From a virus (lineage: Duplodnaviria; Caudoviricetes), in IMG/VR virus record IMGVR_UViG_3300049563_000031, positions 1 through 49,987 of that record: DNA of 49,987 bases, one strand, 5' to 3'. Shown in pieces: positions 46,632-49,987 of this stretch. Numbering within the stretch: position 1 is the first letter of the stretch; every line of letters begins with the position of its first letter. The notes under the pieces were generated by a model that was not told the DNA's origin, made no database searches, and saw only the letters and a program-made list of their open reading frames with translations. The position numbers were made by a program, and so were the translations under genes.

Positions 46632-48215
46632 ATGCCCTCCACCGCCCGCAAAAACCCTCCGCTCACGACCCGTGTGGGGTCTCCCCGCGCCGCCCAGCCC
46701 TCCGCGCCGGCCCGGCAGTTCTCTTTTACCGGCTTTCAGACCAGCAACCCGACCGCGCCGCCGCCCGGGGACAAGCTCGATGGCGAGTACGACCGGACCA
46801 ACGCGGCGGTCGGCAACACCCAGAGCTGGGTCGCGACCAGCCTGAACACCGACGGGTCGCTGCGCGCGGCAACCGTGGGCCAAAGCCAGCTGGTGCCGGG
46901 GCTTTTCGACTTTATCGCGGCGGATGCGGTGGCCGAGGTGCAGCCCCTGGTCAACCAGGCCACCGCCGCCGCCGGCCAGGCGGTGTCTTCGGCCAGCGCG
47001 GCGGCAAACTCGGCCACATCGGCTGCTTCCCAGAACACCGCGGCCCAGGGCGCCGCGGCGACCGCCTCCACTCAGGCCAGCAACGCGACCACTCAGGCCA
47101 GTTTGGCCCTGACCCGCGCTAACACGGCCCAGACGGCGGCGACAAACGCCTCGAACGCGGCCAACTCGGCGGACGGGGACGCGGCTTTATGCACCGATTA
47201 TGGCCTGGTGACCCAGGCCTGGGCCGAGCACATGCCGGACACCATCCCGCCCAACATCCTGGCGGTCATGGGGGTCACCGGGGACCACTGGTCCTCGCGG
47301 TGGTGGGCCAACCAGGCCGCCATCGAGGTCGAGAACGCCACTGCCGAGGCGATCTGCGACCTCCAGGCCTACTGGCTGGGGGCCTACGCCAACCCGCCGA
47401 CCACCAACAGTTGCGGCGAGCCGGTAGCCGCCGGCGCCATGTATTTCAACACGACTTCTTTGGTGACCCAAGTTTACGACGGCGTCACCTGGCACAACCT
47501 TACTCAAATGGCGCCGGGTCAGCCCAACGAGTATTTGTACCTGCCGGCGACACCTACGACGGTATTTAGCGGCACCGACTATCACGGAAATGTTTTATCC
47601 CTCGATACCGTGAACTCTGAGGTCGGCGTCTACCTCAATGGCGTCAGGCTTCTCAAAGGCATCGACTACTCGATCACCTCAACCGCGGTGACGATGCTTT
47701 TGGGGCCGATCACCACGCCCAACACGGTTGAGGTGATCTCGCTGAAGGATGTCACCCATCAGCCGCCGCCGTCCGGGGTCAAGGTCAACACGACGCCCTG
47801 GGCGTTTAACGGGATCACCAAGACTTTTCCGCTGGCGACCAGCACCGGGACGACGATCAACCCGCCCGGCTCGGTGGACTGCATCGTGTCCCTCAACGGC
47901 GTCATCCAGGAGCCAGGCGGCGATTTCACGACCCGGCCCGGTTTTATCGATTTCATCGTGGCGCCCGAGACCGACGCCGATCGCTGGATGGTCGTGGGGC
48001 TGCCTTTAGGGGCGGGCCTCACCCTCGCGGCCGCCGAGGCCGGTCCTCGGGGCCAGCGCGGTCATGTCGGCCGGGCGGGTCCTCCGGGTCCCCGTGGTCC
48101 CCGCGCCGGCGACCTGGCGGCCCGGGTCGAGGAGCTGGAGCTGCAGGTCGAGGATTTGGAACAGCAGTTCGAGGTGGTAAACGCCCGGCTGGCTGTGCTG
48201 GAGCGGCGGTTATGA
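46632..48215 (+). CDS. Tail fibre / tail-anchor protein with collagen-like and coiled-coil C-terminus
   Basis: F..FQ..NP..P.PG..LD.E.D anchor; SA-rich coil; GAMYFNT; VYLNG..L....DY and V.LNGV.QEP..DF domains; Gly-X-Y stretch. Confidence 0.7.
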   Translation: MPSTARKNPPLTTRVGSPRAAQPSAPARQFSFTGFQTSNPTAPPPGDKLDGEYDRTNAAVGNTQSWVATSLNTDGSLRAATVGQSQLVPGLFDFIAADAVAEVQPLVNQATAAAGQAVSSASAAANSATSAASQNTAAQGAAATASTQASNATTQASLALTRANTAQTAATNASNAANSADGDAALCTDYGLVTQAWAEHMPDTIPPNILAVMGVTGDHWSSRWWANQAAIEVENATAEAICDLQAYWLGAYANPPTTNSCGEPVAAGAMYFNTTSLVTQVYDGVTWHNLTQMAPGQPNEYLYLPATPTTVFSGTDYHGNVLSLDTVNSEVGVYLNGVRLLKGIDYSITSTAVTMLLGPITTPNTVEVISLKDVTHQPPPSGVKVNTTPWAFNGITKTFPLATSTGTTINPPGSVDCIVSLNGVIQEPGGDFTTRPGFIDFIVAPETDADRWMVVGLPLGAGLTLAAAEAGPRGQRGHVGRAGPPGPRGPRAGDLAARVEELELQVEDLEQQFEVVNARLAVLERRL

Positions 48216-48643
48216 GCATCAACTTTCAGCTCGCGCTCGGCAACAACACCCCGACGACGGTCTCCACCGCGCAGGGCCTGATTAGCCTGTCGAGCGCCCA
48301 GTTTTTGGACATTGGCGGCGGCACCGCCGGCCAGGTTTTGACCTCGGACGGCGCGGGAAACACTTATTTTGCCGGGGTTTCGGCCTCGGGGACCGACGCG
48401 CCCTCTGATGGGTCCGCCTATGGCCGCGTCAACGGCACCTGGGCCAAGGTTTTGCCCCTGACGGGTGGCACGTTGACAGGCCTTTTGACCCTGTCCGGAC
48501 CGCCCACGAACCCGCTCCACGCCGCCACCAAGGCTTATGTCGACGCGGCGATCGTGCCGGTCTCGGTCGACGGGGTCTCGATCCTCGGCAACGGCACCTC
48601 GACGCCCCTGCGTGTCGGGGCGATCGACGCCGGCACCTACTGA
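48212..48643 (+). CDS. Small tail-fibre adaptor protein
   Basis: GQVLTSDG.G, DAPSDG..YGR....W, LPL.GGTLTG, PT..LHAATK.YVD, terminal IDAGTY. Confidence 0.72.
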   Translation: MSINFQLALGNNTPTTVSTAQGLISLSSAQFLDIGGGTAGQVLTSDGAGNTYFAGVSASGTDAPSDGSAYGRVNGTWAKVLPLTGGTLTGLLTLSGPPTNPLHAATKAYVDAAIVPVSVDGVSILGNGTSTPLRVGAIDAGTY

Positions 48644-48654
48644 GGGGACCTGAT

Positions 48655-49987
48655 TTGGCTCAGACCGTCCAGATCCTACGCACGACGACGACAACCCCGC
48701 CGGCGACCCTTCTGCCGGGCGCATTTTCGGCCATTTTGGCACCCACCGCGACAAAGCTCTACATCGGCTCGCCCACGGGTAATCTGCTTCTCCTTTCGTC
48801 CGATCCGACCGATATCCCGGTGGTTGGACAGCATTACATCCCGACGAACGGCGGGATTATCAGCGGGACTTCTCCCGGCACGCTGCAGATCAGCCGCAAC
48901 GTGCCGGTCTTGGCGCCAGTCGGTGTCATATCGGCCTTTTATGTTGTCGGCGGCGATGGCGAGCAGGTTGCGATGGGGATCGACGGGATCGCCGCGATCC
49001 CGCGGTTCTACATGCGGCGGGCCAACGGCACCGGCGGTGCGCTCTCGCACCTTAATCTGAACGATACGATCGGCACTCTGGCCTGGGCCGGCTTTGGCGC
49101 CGGTTTCGGTGCTGCTACGGCGCAAATTTCGGCGATCGCCTCCGAAAATTGGACGAGCCTGGCGAACGGCACCAACCTGCAGTTCTCCACGACGCCAGGT
49201 GGCGCCACTGTCGCCGCAAACAACATGACCTTGGACGGCGGCGGTAATCTCACGATCACCCGCCAGCTCAACGCCGGTAGCGTCCTCGTCACCGGGACCA
49301 ACCAGGGCTTTATCCAGCTCACCCGCAACGCAGTTCCGACGCCGCTGCCGGTGACGGGGGTCGCCGCAATCTGGGCGGTGGGCAATGACGGCGAACTGCC
49401 GTTGCTGGGCGTGGACTCTTTTGGCGCGGGTTCCACCTCGCCGCAAATCATGGTGCGCCGCGCCAACGGCACGGGCGCGGCCCGTACCGCGATCACCCAG
49501 GATCAGCAGCTCGGCACCTATAATTTTGGTGGCTACGGCACGACCAGTTTCGGCCCCAACGTCGCCCGCATCATGGCGCTTGCCAGTGAAACATTTACCG
49601 ACACGGCGCAGGGGACGTTCTTGCAATTCTGGACGACCGCACCGGGCGGCATCGTCCAGAACAATGTCGCGGTTCTCAATCAAGGATTGACGCTTGGAAC
49701 GCCGGGCCTGCACGCGGCCGACAACGGGCGCGGCAGTCTGATCGCCAACCAGAACGCCGTGTCGCCAATCGTTCCTGCCATTTCTGCCGCTGTCCAGGCC
49801 TTGGGCGCGGACAGCGGAAATGTTGTTGTCGAGCTTGTCGGAAGCAACGGGACGCCCGTGGTCATGGGACGGCGCTCGGCGGGGACGCTCGCCGCCCCGG
49901 CGGCGACGATCGCTAACACCGGGCTGCTGCAAGTTCAGGTGCGCGGGCGCGGCGCAACGGGCTGGTCCGGTAATCGTGGCTCGTTGG
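48655..49987 (+). CDS. Tail fibre N-terminal part (3' partial, not in ORF track); continues at window start
   Basis: TTG start after GAGGGG; open to window end; MAQTVQILR...P..L.PG......KLYIG, then three RRxxGT repeats. Confidence 0.85.
   Translation, partial: MAQTVQILRTTTTTPPATLLPGAFSAILAPTATKLYIGSPTGNLLLLSSDPTDIPVVGQHYIPTNGGIISGTSPGTLQISRNVPVLAPVGVISAFYVVGGDGEQVAMGIDGIAAIPRFYMRRANGTGGALSHLNLNDTIGTLAWAGFGAGFGAATAQISAIASENWTSLANGTNLQFSTTPGGATVAANNMTLDGGGNLTITRQLNAGSVLVTGTNQGFIQLTRNAVPTPLPVTGVAAIWAVGNDGELPLLGVDSFGAGSTSPQIMVRRANGTGAARTAITQDQQLGTYNFGGYGTTSFGPNVARIMALASETFTDTAQGTFLQFWTTAPGGIVQNNVAVLNQGLTLGTPGLHAADNGRGSLIANQNAVSPIVPAISAAVQALGADSGNVVVELVGSNGTPVVMGRRSAGTLAAPAATIANTGLLQVQVRGRGATGWSGNRGSL

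Larger units (their letters stand above)
1..49987. mobile_element. Near-complete temperate podovirus-like phage genome, circularly permuted
   Basis: Packaging, head, short-tail, ejection, replication and integration modules present; no host housekeeping genes; terminal ORFs join in frame; no tape measure or tail tube. Confidence 0.93.

Noticed and set aside
46632-49987. Diversity-generating retroelement acting on tail fibres
   Set aside because: No reverse transcriptase and no template/variable repeat pair seen
1-49987. tRNA/rRNA genes, introns, inteins, stop-codon reassignment
   Set aside because: No cloverleaf seen in the gaps; core genes have normal lengths and read through under the standard code

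Overview
The window is a near-complete, circularly permuted genome (~50 kb, high GC) of a temperate podovirus-like tailed phage, most likely infecting an alphaproteobacterium (GANTC is strongly depleted, and there is an alpha-type LexA-like box). The tail-fibre ORF running off the right end (48655-49987) continues in frame into the left end (to 1325); about 15 codons of a repeat unit appear to be missing at the join. Rightward late block (circular order): Zn-finger ORF, terS-like, tail-fibre/adhesin genes, terL, small 2-TM protein, portal, M15 peptidase, scaffold, major capsid, Pro/His/Tyr-repeat protein, adaptor, nozzle, GNAT-like protein and four internal/ejection proteins, ending in a 2428-aa polyvalent protein with an LPD1-type zincin. 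Leftward replication block: Cro-like, RuvC-like, SNF2 helicase, DUF2800 nuclease, DUF2815 SSB, PolA (Leu762 type). Rightward control block: XRE repressor, xis, tyrosine integrase, RepB-type primase/SF3 helicase followed by a 22-bp inverted-repeat origin candidate. A leftward MoxR/CobS AAA+ and CobT-like zincin-VWA pair completes the map. Most notable non-coding signals: consensus DnaA boxes in the lysis/lysogeny switch, an attP-like region ~10 kb from int, small genes bracketed by direct repeats, a recurrent TTGTCC/GGACAA motif and a shared AAGGACACC leader. All calls are by-eye motif recognition; no searches were run.
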